Assembly (NCBI GenBank): GCA_000934665.2
Contig: JYFJ02001227.1
Coordinates: 62,001 to 92,044 of the forward strand
Length of the DNA: 30,044 nucleotides
Direction of reading: 5' to 3'
DNA from: Catajapyx aquilonaris
Taxonomy: Eukaryota
Part shown: positions 12,479 to 23,117 of the stretch, one piece after another
How the letters are laid out: the number at the start of each line of letters is the position of its first letter
Numbering within the stretch: position 1 is the first letter of the stretch
Translations under genes and position numbers: made by a program
Notes under the pieces: model-generated
What the model was told of the DNA's origin: nothing
What the model saw: the letters and a program-made list of their open reading frames with translations, nothing else
Databases searched by the model: none

Positions 12479-13313
12479 CATTCTGTCTTGCCCTGTGTTG
12501 AAGGTTGTTTAATAGGATGGAGCGAAAAAAAAAAAAAAAGTTGTCCACAGGGTGTCAAAATTGTGTATGGACTGGTGAATTTTTAAGGCGAGACCCTACT
12601 GAAAAAAATATATCTTTGTTGATACTGAACGTATCACGGCATCATGCTAGTACCATGTTGAAGATACTTTAAGAATATCCTAAAACAATTTTTAATTAGT
12701 TATGTTCAGTTGTTAAGATTTTCTGGCCTATAATACACGTTCTTCATTGATAACTTGTAAATGCTCCATGCGTCTATAAAAGTGATTCAGACATCAGATA
12801 TTTTTCTCACAGACTAATACAACCTTAATAAACAGAACTGAACATTGGCAATAGCAGATGTTGAGCAAATTCATCTGCAGATTTTTTATGTGCACGTACT
12901 AAAGTAAAATATCAAAATATGGCAAATTTCCTCGAACAAATATTTGCATTTAAAAAAGTTGTCAAGTAACGGTAATGGCCATGCTAAGTTTTGTTCCTCA
13001 CACCTTAAACATCCTTTGTGCAAATACCTAACCATCTACGACAAAAACTGAGACGCATGTGCGCTGCCGCTGCGACAATTCTTGGTGGACTGATAGTATA
13101 CAGTACAGCTTTGATATTTTACAGCAACATTTCGGCCTACTTGATTTGGAATGACCCGTATACAATATTTCGAAATATTTGGTTTTTTGACTGCCACTGC
13201 CCCAAGGTCAAAAACAAATTCCAGACAAAATGAATGCTCAATTATGAATTACCAGTGACCTACGGAACATGAATATGGCGATAGATTTCCGTGGACAAAC
13301 ATTGTGCTTCATA

Positions 13314-13846
13314 CACTGTAAATCGCAAAACATTAAAAGAACGTCACTGGTGAGTTTCTCATGGCACATACTCACCACTGATGCTCTTTTAAAGGGACAC
13401 TCCACTCAAAATACAAGTTGGGTTCTAAATATCGGGCAAAAAATCCTGATTCCGAGGGTATAAGCAGTTTTTCTTAGAGACGAACGGTAAGGCCAGTGTG
13501 AAAGCTGGAAGTGTGTCGTTCGAAAACCGCGAGCGGGGTAGGTCGGCGCAGGTGGCGACGCCACCAGAGTGGAACCGGGCGGAACTAGACCATGCTCGCC
13601 TGGCGCGGCATGGTGTTTACTGAGCACACTATACTTCTCCAGTTTGCCGCGGGATGGTGTTGTATCGCCCTTCTTAGCAGACGACGCGAGACGACGCGAC
13701 GTGTGTAGATATATGATTTTCCGTGTTACCATTGGGCGTAGAAAAAAAACGATTGCACATTCGGAATCAGGATTTTTTGCCCGATTTTTGGGGGCCAACT
13801 TGTATTTTGAGTGGAGTGTCCCATTAATGTTTTGCGGTTTACAGTG
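13314..13846. mobile_element. Short fold-back MITE (about 100 bp, CACTG termini, TA flanks) interrupted by a second element
   Basis: Left arm CACTGTAAATCGCAAAACATTAAAAGAACGTCACTGGTGAGT matches the reconstructed right arm (reverse complement CACTGTAAACCGCAAAACATTAAAAGAGCATCAGTGGTGAGT) once 13393-13823 and one TTAA are removed. Confidence 0.8.
13393..13823. mobile_element. Kolobok-type non-autonomous DNA transposon (TTAA TSD)
   Basis: TIRs of about 60 bp: AGGGACACTCCACTCAAAATACAAGTTGG...GGGCAAAAAATCCTGATTCCGA and its reverse complement at 13761-13823. TTAA sits at 13389-13392 and 13824-13827. A TTAA TSD with purine (AGG) termini is the Kolobok signature, whereas piggyBac has CCC termini. Confidence 0.82.
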
Positions 13847-13865
13847 TACTGGTGTAGTGTACTAT

Positions 13866-13948
13866 GGCCGGGTTGCACCGGCACCCGGAAAATTTGTCTG
13901 GCCGAAGAAGAGCCAGACAAATTTTCCGGGAGCCGGTACAACCCGGCC
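13866..13948. mobile_element. 83-bp fold-back mini-MITE with GGCC termini (PIF/Harbinger-like)
   Basis: GGCCGGGTTGCACCGGCACCCGGAAAATTTGTCTGGC, a 9-nt loop, then GCCAGACAAATTTTCCGGGAGCCGGTACAACCCGGCC. The 37-bp arms have 2 mismatches. The superfamily assignment is tentative. Confidence 0.7.
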
Positions 13949-16900
13949 TTATTGTTGTTCTCGGAAAAATTGAGAAACTTGACTCTTTCGGGGAATGAAG
14001 ATGAAGTACGAAAATTACTTAAAAATTCACCAGTGTTATACTAGTCCATACATAACTTTTGAAACCACGTGCGATTTTATCGGACAACGTTCTCTCTTTT
14101 TTCGCTCCACCCTAATATTGCGCATCCTCCTAGTCAAATCGGTTATCGGTGGGCCGTTTCCCCCAATATTACTTCCCCTGGAGCTAGGTTATACTGTCGC
14201 GTCGCTCCTATTTCAAAAGGAATCGGAAATGTCCCACTTCGGTAACATACTGTAGTGTACCAGGCCTCTAAAAGCAGTGGAGTCCCTTCAACTCTTCTCC
14301 CACCCCTCCTTCTGCCGACCCACACCCACTCCGAAAACCAGGTTGGAGAATTTTGCAGTTGGAAGAAAGAAGCCGAGTCAAAGGATAACTAATAAGGCTG
14401 GAGTATCCGGCACCGAAAGATGAGCAGGTAAAGGGCTACATGCAGGGAAAATCCGGTTCACACCGATATGATGCGTATAGGTAAAGGGAAAAGGGTGGCT
14501 CAAATGAATGCGGCTACTGGCTGCACAGCTTGGTTTGGTGCGAATTTTCACAAACTACACTAATATGCTAGAGTCAGAGATGCGAATCCGTAATCAGAGA
14601 ACCTTTCTGAGCCACTTCTAACGTGCGCAATGTAATCATGGAGCCAGAGTAAAAGCCCATGCGAGTGAAACACATTGCAAAATTATGGATAATTTGAAAT
14701 GAGCGTCTTAGCAAAATCCCAATCGATGTAATGATAAATACTGTAATTGTGGATCAGGCAGTCACCGAAGCGATGGAAACGTTTCAGTCTCTCCCCGCAA
14801 CATGTAAATGACACTTTCATAATTGGATGCACCACTCGAGAGTAGCAAAGGCCAGGAGACAATACTGCGCATTGCACTTGCTGCCTACAATATAGGTCAG
14901 ACGTATCCTGGAAATACACATCCATCAACCACCTTTTTTCCCGTCCCTGTGCTCACCTTGTTTGATTGCTGATGGTCGCACAGTGGCAGGATACATTTTT
15001 TTTTATTACGGAGAGATACTTACCAGGTCAGAACCAACGCCATGAAGACAGCTACGAGTTCACGGTACACTTTAGTAGTCACTCTTGAAGTCACTACTAG
15101 TAGTGGCCCTAGAAGCCACCAGCACATTGCACAAGAAGAACCGCAGTGGTGTTGTCACTACGTCACTTGGCTAGATTGGCCATTGCCCCACTGCACTGGT
15201 GAGTGGTGACTGGGGCGAGTGAGTCAACTCTTCAAGATTTCAAGACCTCGGCTGACCTCGACGCGACATCGCATCGGGGCTCCCGCTGATCTTTCAATGG
15301 GCCAAGGGAAAGATGGGGCAAAGATAGGGGGATGCGGAAACCTTGCGGTGATTGGCTGGTTCGTGTCGAGTACGCAGTGTACTTGCCGTTCATTGACAAT
15401 TATTGACATACTGTTGTTACCATCTTATTATTAATAATGTGGATAATTCAGGGAATCATTACGTACATTTGCGCCAGATTTATACTCGCAGCATGCTTTC
15501 CAGAATGTTGCTTTTACTTTTTTCAGGGTCATCAAGTTTTGGGTTGTACACCTGATAAAAATGACGTGATCAGTTCGCATGAAAACCTGTCATGGGTGAC
15601 TTCCATATTTCACATCACAACATTTTAAGAAGAAATTTTAAAGCATTTCTCAAGTGCAGCAGGTATTCATTTGGAATATATATGCTCATGTGAAGGTTCT
15701 GAAGCAAGCACAAAATAAATAAACCCAAGTTTTTCTGATATCCTGGACCCTGACCGTTTTATCATCTTACAGTTAACCCCACTGCGTCTCGCCAAGTGGG
15801 GTCTGCAGGGAGCCACATTAGAAGCTAATTGAAGAAATTCCATGTCCAGACGAGAAGCTCTATGTCACACCCCACGGGTCTAATTTTTGCCCAGTCGTTG
15901 ATCCCTCCCACCCTACTTTATTTTCACACACACGTGTGCATTAAAAATTGGCCTCTCATCCGAATTGGTCAAAATCGTCGTGGGAGAATCTGGACCGTGT
16001 CATTGACGTGTCTTATATGGAACTGGCCAACTGACCGCCCCTCACGGCGAACTCACAGCAAATATTCTACTGTATACTACAATTATTTTTATTATTATTA
16101 TTTGCATTACCCCATTGGGATTTATCATATCCTTTAGGGGGGTGGATTACCACCATCCGAAATTGGAGCCGTATAGGAAGATCTTAATTAATTACTCCAG
16201 GGTAGGTAGGAGGGGATGTGCAAAGTGCAAGTGCAATGTCTCTAATCGTCATTTTGTGAGCTCCCCCGGGTAGCTTAGTCTGTCGAAAATTGCCACCCGA
16301 AATGAAGCCAGAGATGGCCAGAGATTACTGTATTATTGGCGTGTTGCCTCTACAGGCTACTATTGCAAACGCGCATAATTGGAGCAGACTATGATAAACA
16401 AAGTACCGTAAATAATTGTTGTGCCAGAAATAGCCTCCCTATAGTCCGAAATATCGCCCTGGAGCTGTAGTTTAATACATAGTCTACATATGACCTTGTC
16501 GACAAGCATGTTTTCCGAGCCCCCACTTCAAAAAGGGGTGGCAGACCAGAAGTGACCCTTCCTCCACCCTGCCCTCCAGCAACAGCAGAAGCAAGATGAG
16601 CAGAAGTGAGGGAGTCCCTGTACTCGGAGAGGGTCTGGCTGTAAAGAGACAAAGGAAAAAGGTGCAGGGTTTCAGAAAGGTCAAAGACTTGGTGTAATCT
16701 TTCGGGCAAGCACAGGAAGCCCACAAGCTGGCCCCTGCGGCTTTGGCTGCCGTTACGTGCATTATCCGGGAATGCCCGAAGATTTTATGAGTCTTATTGT
16801 TGGCCATCTCTTCCTGAATAGAGGCGACATTATTTGGTACGGAGTGGTCCATCCCACGCACCCGCCGAAGGACAAAAAAGCGGCCCATACGATTGTGTCG

Positions 16901-17411
16901 CCAAAAGTAATTAACTGAACACTGTGAGTGAACCACTGGTGTACCTTATGGGGATATGGACCTATTTATCATGCAAATGCATGCCCTCGCATCGCAATTG
17001 AAAGGCTTCTTTCATATCCCCTATATTTCGTGAGCTATTAAGGAAACAATAATATTGCACTCCAAGTTTATGCTAGGTCACTCAAAGTGACGTTTCCCCC
17101 TGCTAACCTTATCTCCTCATTTTGCACCCTTTTGTAGACCACCAACATCGAGTATAAATATGTTTTGCACCTCTCTCCTTATGCTCAAATTTCCTCGCGG
17201 TAGCGCGGGTCATTCCAATAAAATTGTCAGTTTGTGGACCACAACAAAAAGTGGTTTGCACAACTCGAATTTCTTTCGTTTTATGGATTTTTGGCTGCAG
17301 TACTCTGACTCTACAGTACACACTGGGGAAAGTGTTTTTTTTTACCACCAAGAAAGAGTTTTGCACGCCCTCCAAGTGACCTGTTTTTGGGGAATAAACA
17401 CTGCACTCCAA

Positions 17412-17794
17412 ACCGGAGTGATTCTGGCTGCAACTTCCAGCTGCAATACCCTAGAACGTCAGGGGTACCAACTTAGCCATTCACGCGAAATAATTACGCA
17501 ATTATTACGCGCAAACCTCATCTCCAAAGTTAAATTTGATAAGTGTATATTGCGTGGCTATCGATGTTCCACAAGCCCGCGTGACGACTGTCGGAGGTAA
17601 ATGATTCCCGACGCCGACAGAGGCTCACACGTCACCCCCCACCCCACATCAGCTGCNATACACTTATCAAATTTAACTTTGGAGATGAGGTTTGCGCGTA
17701 ATAATTGCGTAATTATTTCGCGTGAATGGCTAAGTTGGTACCCCTGACGTTCTAGGGTATTGCAGCTGGAAGTTGCAGCCAGAATCACTCCGGT
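17412..17794. mobile_element. Non-autonomous Mutator-like element with long TIRs and 9-bp TSD (contains an N)
   Basis: Identical 137-bp inverted arms (17412-17548 and 17658-17794) flanked by direct repeat GCACTCCAA (17403-17411 and 17795-17803). A 9-bp TSD with long TIRs is typical of MULEs. The N at 17657 abuts the right arm. Confidence 0.82.
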
Positions 17795-17937
17795 GCACTC
17801 CAACTATCCATGCTGCTGGGAGTAATGTACAGTACGCAAGCTTGTCACATGTCTGACCCATTCACACAGTGCTGTGAACTAACTTCTACCCATTTCTGAG
17901 AAAAACACAAAAAATTGTCCTACTCATTCCCATTTTT

Positions 17938-18180
17938 GAGGGGGTTAAAATCAAAAACCGACAGCTCCGTCATAAACGTCACGGAGAAAAACGAGAAAAA
18001 CCTACAGTTTCGCCGTATATGTAAACGTAGATACCTGAATGTAGCGGCTATTCCCATGTACATAATATGTAGGGTTTTTGATACCATATTCAGGTATTAT
18101 GTAGTCCATGGCATGAGGAATGCATTTCCGGCGCTAACTATTTTTTTCTGGAGCTGTCGGTTTTTGATTTTAACCCCCTC
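17938..18180. mobile_element. Sola-like MITE (GAGGGG termini)
   Basis: Perfect 31-bp TIR GAGGGGGTTAAAATCAAAAACCGACAGCTCC. The 4-bp flanks TTTT/TATT differ by one base. Confidence 0.8.
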
Positions 18181-18668
18181 TATTGTTTCCTATTTTAAGG
18201 GCGGTAGCCCTTAAGTAAGACCGTAGCATAGCGTTTCAACAATGAATTTTTCCTGCTTCTTGTTATTACTTTAGTGAAGATTTATCATACGCAGCAGAGG
18301 AATTTGACTGACCTGTTGTTTTCATTCAGCACGCGCGTTTAAACTCAAAAAGCAACATGAGTGTTAACTCAAAAATTTAAAATTTCGAAGCAACTGCAGA
18401 GGGACCAGTGGGGGACAGTGTTCAATGCCAACATACTAGTATTGGAGCACATGAATCAATTGGCGCGACAGTTTAGATATAATTTTCCAGAGATGGACAA
18501 TTGGACATGTCAATCAATTGGATGAGAAATCCATTTGAGATTTCTTTACCACTTTTGCACATGTCAGTGCAGGATCGGAAATGATCATTGAAATTTACAC
18601 GAATGGATGTTTGTTTGAATTATTTGTGCCAAAAACACAGTTCCTGAAATTGTGTGTTTTCAGGAATT

Positions 18669-18918
18669 GAGGGGCTCTGTGCAACATAGTCCTATGCCAC
18701 ATCTGGTTCATTTCGAGATAATGAAGGATTTTGATTTTGATTTCTGCAGCTAGACAGCAGATCCGATAAGACTATACTTCCCGTATACCCACACCATCTG
18801 TTGATGGACCGGGAAAATTTTAAATCAGATGCTGTAGCATGTCTTTGGGGATCTATATATGGCCTTAACTCATTTCGTCCGAAAATGTGGCATAGGACTA
18901 TGTTGCACAGAGCCCCTC
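18669..18918. mobile_element. Sola-like MITE (GAGGGG termini, AATT TSD)
   Basis: Perfect 34-bp TIR GAGGGGCTCTGTGCAACATAGTCCTATGCCACAT, with AATT at 18665-18668 and 18919-18922. Confidence 0.85.
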
Positions 18919-19247
18919 AATTTCAGGAACTGTTATTCTTTATGCTCCTTCTGTATAAGATAAGACAACCATAAGTAAAGCATCAACCCCTCTCCTAGAT
19001 TGGGTATGGTCCTGTAAGGTTCTGAAGTATCCAAACTTTCAAAATAATGGTGTCAGATATGACATAATAATGGGATATACAGGATATAATGAGATACCAT
19101 ATTAGAGGAACCTTGTCTATTACATAAACCCTGCATAAAACATACCTTGAATCGGCGCTTGGGCTGACAAATGACATGCCGTACTTGCTGAAGGCGTCGT
19201 AACATATCCTGGGAAAGGAAGTGCGGGAAAGAGGGGCATAATACGTA

Positions 19248-19438
19248 CACCCACGAGCATAAAGATGGAGACGGCAGGCCCTCACCTTCGGCAGGCTGCT
19301 CTGCCAATCTCAGCAATTACAGTATATCAAATATACTGTCATAAATACATAACTCGGTCCAAAAAGAGATCATTAATTTGAGTCGGATAAAGAAAGGTCA
19401 ACAAAGGGCCTGCCGTCTCTATCTTTATGCTCGCGGGG
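19248..19438. mobile_element. TA-flanked MITE
   Basis: TIR of about 34 bp: CCCACGAGCATAAAGATGGAGACGGCAGGCCCT versus AGGGCCTGCCGTCTCTATCTTTATGCTCGCGGGG, with TA on both sides. Confidence 0.72.
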
Positions 19439-20300
19439 TACATTTAGGTCTCTTGACGTTCAGTGCTTCAAATCATGACAAGCATTCAGTGTAATTATTT
19501 TGATCCAGATTTTAGTTTTATTTCCAGGATAATAAATGAACACAGATTTTGGCTAATAATTATGCTCCGGCTTTTCTTATACACAACAACAATCAGCGCC
19601 TCGCTTTAATCATTTTACAAGAAAAAATGCCATTTCATAGTATTTTGCAAACATGAGGCAAAGTGAAGAAAAGGGATTAATACCATCAAAAACGGGGCAA
19701 TATTAAAGGAGCCCGTTCGCCATCATGATATAAGCAAACTTTCCAATATTTTTCGGAACACGGAATAATGGAAACCTTAACAATATCCAGTGTGCCTGTC
19801 ATTTTGGATATGAAAGAATGCGTACTGTACGCCATATACACGTGAGATAAGCCCTTGTTTATCGTGACTGGTAGCCGTTAAAGTGATTATTGAGGTGGAA
19901 TTTCTTCTTTCCATAAAACCCCTACAGGAGATTACATAATATTTTGTTGTACGGTTTGCAGTACAGAAAATATACGGTAACATAAAACAGTAAATAGCGT
20001 GAACTCCCGTCCTATGCGGCCCTGTCGTTTACCTCCTTATGAGATATCCTAACTCGAATGACACTTTTTAATGATACTTCTACACAAATATCATGAGGTG
20101 AGACAGCTTGTGTCAAGTCCTTGCTGGTAGTCAGGAGAGGAGACTAGGTACGCCAAAAAACAAGAACGCACGCGGCAAGCAGTCGATTCAAATATCTACA
20201 ACTGCATCATAATTTTCTGTTAATTTGCAATACTGTAAGTGCAAGTTATACCAAAGGTACCTTCATTTTGTATAGTAATCAGAAATATTTCAATTACAGC

Positions 20301-20356
20301 AGTTTGAATTTCGATATTCTTGCCTAGTGCAAGGCAAGAATATCAAAATTCAAACT
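20301..20356. repeat. 56-bp hairpin in the probable 3' UTR of the zinc-finger gene
   Basis: AGTTTGAATTTCGATATTCTTGCCT, a 6-nt loop, then AGGCAAGAATATCAAAATTCAAACT (25-bp arms, one mismatch). Confidence 0.8.
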
Positions 20357-20460
20357 CTGGAATATGTCAGCTCACACAAACCTGCAGAGCATTCAAGGTT
20401 CTTTTATTCTTCAAAGTCGTCTGGGCGATACTTGCGCTAAAATAGCTTCCTTCAGCCTCC

Positions 20461-20529
20461 ATGTGTTTACATGTGAGATTTACAGTTCACTGGGAAAGGA
20501 AACCATTTCTGGTAAAGTTGGCAATGAAA
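20461..20529 (-). pseudogene. Decayed 13th C2H2 finger downstream of the stop codon
   Basis: Reading through the stop in frame gives HTV*N*FHCQLYQKWFPFPVNCKSHM*TH. Finger spacing is correct, the second Cys has become Tyr, and there is an internal stop. Confidence 0.7.
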
Positions 20530-20535
20530 TTAATT

Positions 20536-21621
20536 TTATACTGTGTGCACTCGCATGTGCCTTGTCAACTTCCACGCCTGCGTGAATTTCTTTTGGCACA
20601 CTTGGCAACAATATGGTTTTTCTCCTGTGTGCAACGGCATGTGTTTTTTCAAATGCCCTGCCGTCTGGAATTTCTTCTGGCACACCTGGCAACAATGTGG
20701 TTGTTCTGTGTGCAGCAGAATGTGTGCCTTATAACTCCATGCCTGCGTAAATTTCTTTTGGCACACCTGGCAACAATATGGTTTTTCTCCAGTGTGCAAC
20801 CGCATGTGTATCTTCAAATATCCTACCTGCGTGAATTTCTTTTGGCACAAATGGCAACAATGTGGTTTTTCTCCTGTATGCACCAGCAAGTGTCTTTTTA
20901 AATGTCCTGAATGTCCGAACTTCTTCTGGCATACTTGGCAATGATAAGGTTTTTCCCCTGTGTGCAACCGCAAGTGTGTATTCAAACATCCTGTCGTCTG
21001 GAACTTCTTACGGCACACCTGGCAACAATATGGTTTTTCTCCTGTGTGCATTCGCATGTGTGTCGTAAAACTCCATGCGTGACTGAATTTCTTTTGGCAC
21101 ACCTGGCAACAATATGGTTTTTCTCCAGTGTGCAACCGCATGTGTATCTTCAAACTTCCTACGCGCGTGAATTTCTTTTGGCACACCTCGCAACAATGTG
21201 GTCTTTCTTCTGAGTGAATCCGCATGTGTCTTTTCAAATTGGTTGCCCTTTGGAACTTCTTATGGCAGACTTGGCAAGCATAAGGTTTCACTCTTGCATG
21301 CATTCGCAAGTGTATCGTCATGTTTGATAGCCGGCTGAACTGTTTGTAGCACACTTGGCAGCTGAATGGCTTCTCCCCAGTATGTGTTGCCATGTGAATG
21401 TTCAATTGACTTGCTTTTCCAAAGTTCTTTTTACACACATTGCAACCAAATGGCTTATCACCTGTGTGACTTTTCAAGTGAACTTCTAAATTATCTGCTG
21501 TACTGAAACTTCTCTGGCACATTTGGCAGGAATATACCTTCCTTGCTGCTTCCGTCTTCCGTCTCCCTTGCACGTGGACTTTCTTCATCTCAACTCTAGC
21601 AGGTGGGTTCCTTTCCCCTTT
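20536..21621 (-). CDS. Terminal exon of a tandem C2H2 zinc-finger protein (12 fingers); 5' exon(s) not identified
   Basis: Uninterrupted ORF with 12 CxxC-x12-HxxxH fingers joined mostly by TGEKP-type linkers. A strong minus-strand acceptor ttgctgttgtcctttCAG precedes 21621 (phase 0), so the ORF-track start at 21684 is probably intronic. Stop TAA at 20538-20536. Confidence 0.93.
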   Translation of the reverse strand, partial: KGERNPPARVEMKKVHVQGRRKTEAARKVYSCQMCQRSFSTADNLEVHLKSHTGDKPFGCNVCKKNFGKASQLNIHMATHTGEKPFSCQVCYKQFSRLSNMTIHLRMHARVKPYACQVCHKKFQRATNLKRHMRIHSEERPHCCEVCQKKFTRVGSLKIHMRLHTGEKPYCCQVCQKKFSHAWSFTTHMRMHTGEKPYCCQVCRKKFQTTGCLNTHLRLHTGEKPYHCQVCQKKFGHSGHLKRHLLVHTGEKPHCCHLCQKKFTQVGYLKIHMRLHTGEKPYCCQVCQKKFTQAWSYKAHILLHTEQPHCCQVCQKKFQTAGHLKKHMPLHTGEKPYCCQVCQKKFTQAWKLTRHMRVHTV

Positions 21622-21970
21622 CTGAAAGGACAACAGCAACATCGTATTTATCCTCCTGAGACCCCTAGTACACCTTTCAATCACCTTTGTTTTTGTTTTT
21701 TTTACGCGTTTGAGTTAGTCAGAAGGTGCTGGAAAAAACAAAGGTACAGTATACTGTACCAGGGGTCTCAGGAGGTTATAACATTTCATTATGCAGAGTG
21801 GATTATGAAAAAACTATAAATTAGTCCTAATCACTTTCCTTTCTACGGCCTGATCTTGACAACTGTCTCTAAATGCCTGTAATTGTGGGCAGTTTTAGGC
21901 ATGAAAAAATTTCATTATTTAAGGAATATTACTGTTGGAGGGTTTCAAAAGTATTAACTGCTAATATTAG

Positions 21971-23117
21971 ACTGGCGTAGGCGGGGGGTTGTTAACCCCT
22001 CCCCCCTCCCCTGGACCCCAAAAATGTAGTTCAAATCCGCTATTTTAAGGTGTTAGAACGCACATGCGCAAATATGGTATGTGGTGGATGATGTAAGTAA
22101 TTTATTCCAAATCGAAAATAACTAAGGTGACCAGACATCCCGATTTTCCGGCACAGTCCCGAATTTTCACCCTTTGTGTCGGATTTTCTCAAGGGGCATT
22201 CGATACGCCTATTTGTCCGGGATTATGGCAAACTGTCAAGGGTAGGGCTAGTGTTGTAAATGCCAGTGAAAAGCTGATTATCCGAGGAAAATTTGGTGTT
22301 TTCCCGTTTTTTTTTACAAAGACCCTGATTTTTAACAGAAAATCTCAAATATTTGACACAAAATAATGAGATCAAAGCTCTCACAATCATAAAATATTTC
22401 ATTTTTTGTGATGCCAACTTGTACAAAAATGAAAAAAAAAACTAATCTTCAGTTCTGGACATCAGTTGGCCTATGACTACCGTACTTCTTGTGTCACCAT
22501 TTTCTTTGCTAGAATCAGATTCCACCGCAGTAAAAGTGCAACAAAGCAGGGTTTTTTTCTGAGTTTTAAAATTACTTCTCATCGTGACCCATTTCTTTTT
22601 CCCATGTAATGTAATGTTGAATATGGAGTTTGACTACAACTTGTACTATAATTGAAGGGTGCAGTGCAAGAGGGGCACGAGTCAAAAAAAAACAACAGAA
22701 ACCTGACTCATGCCCCTCTTGCCCTGCACCCTTCAATTATTATCCCATGCACACATTTTTCTGGTAGATATTTCAGCCAATTCCCAAAGAGTCTGTTGGG
22801 TAATTTGCCAGTTGTAATTATCTTGCATTTTGCTGCCCTTTTCAGCATTTTCATTTAAAGAAAATAACTGGCAGATGTGAATAAACTGGATGGATATAAT
22901 GTTTTGGATGATTTTGGATGTCTAAATTCTGAGCATGTTGACGAAAGGAACCAAGCAGCATGCAAACCAGTTTAAAATAAATAACTAACTGGTCAGTTAC
23001 ATTCACCTAAGCTTGTGCGAACTTGAACAGCAAAAAAAATGTCGCCTGCGGCGGGCCTCTTCGCTCTTCCCTCACGTAACCCCCCCCCCCCTTACCAATT
23101 TCCTGGCTACGCCGCTG
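21971..23117. mobile_element. Probable old hAT-type non-autonomous element with nested insertions
   Basis: Right end CCTGGCTACGCCGCTG (23102-23117) is preceded by a C-run and TCGCCTGCGGCG. The degenerate left end is ACTGGCGTAGGCGGGGGG. No TSD was recovered. A second hAT-like end, TAAGGTGACCAGACATCCCG, starts near 22123. Confidence 0.4.
22654..22734. mobile_element. 81-bp Sola-like mini-MITE (AATT TSD)
   Basis: 31-bp TIR GAAGGGTGCAGTGCAAGAGGGGCACGAGTCA (2 mismatches), with AATT at 22650-22653 and 22735-22738. Confidence 0.8.

Noticed and set aside
12000..12558. ORFs of 77-158 aa
   Set aside because: They span the MITE and C-rich LTR-like sequence, are low-complexity and have no motifs.
16389..16936. 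Minus-strand ORFs of 111 and 150 aa
   Set aside because: No recognisable domain or exon structure.
17160..17803. Two ORFs sharing the peptide TGVILAATSSCNTLERQGY..., resembling a gene duplication
   Set aside because: They are translations of the two arms of the inverted repeat.
20364..21213. Repetitive antisense and alternate-frame ORFs (LLAHLATIWFFS...)
   Set aside because: Well-known antisense shadows of C2H2 finger arrays.
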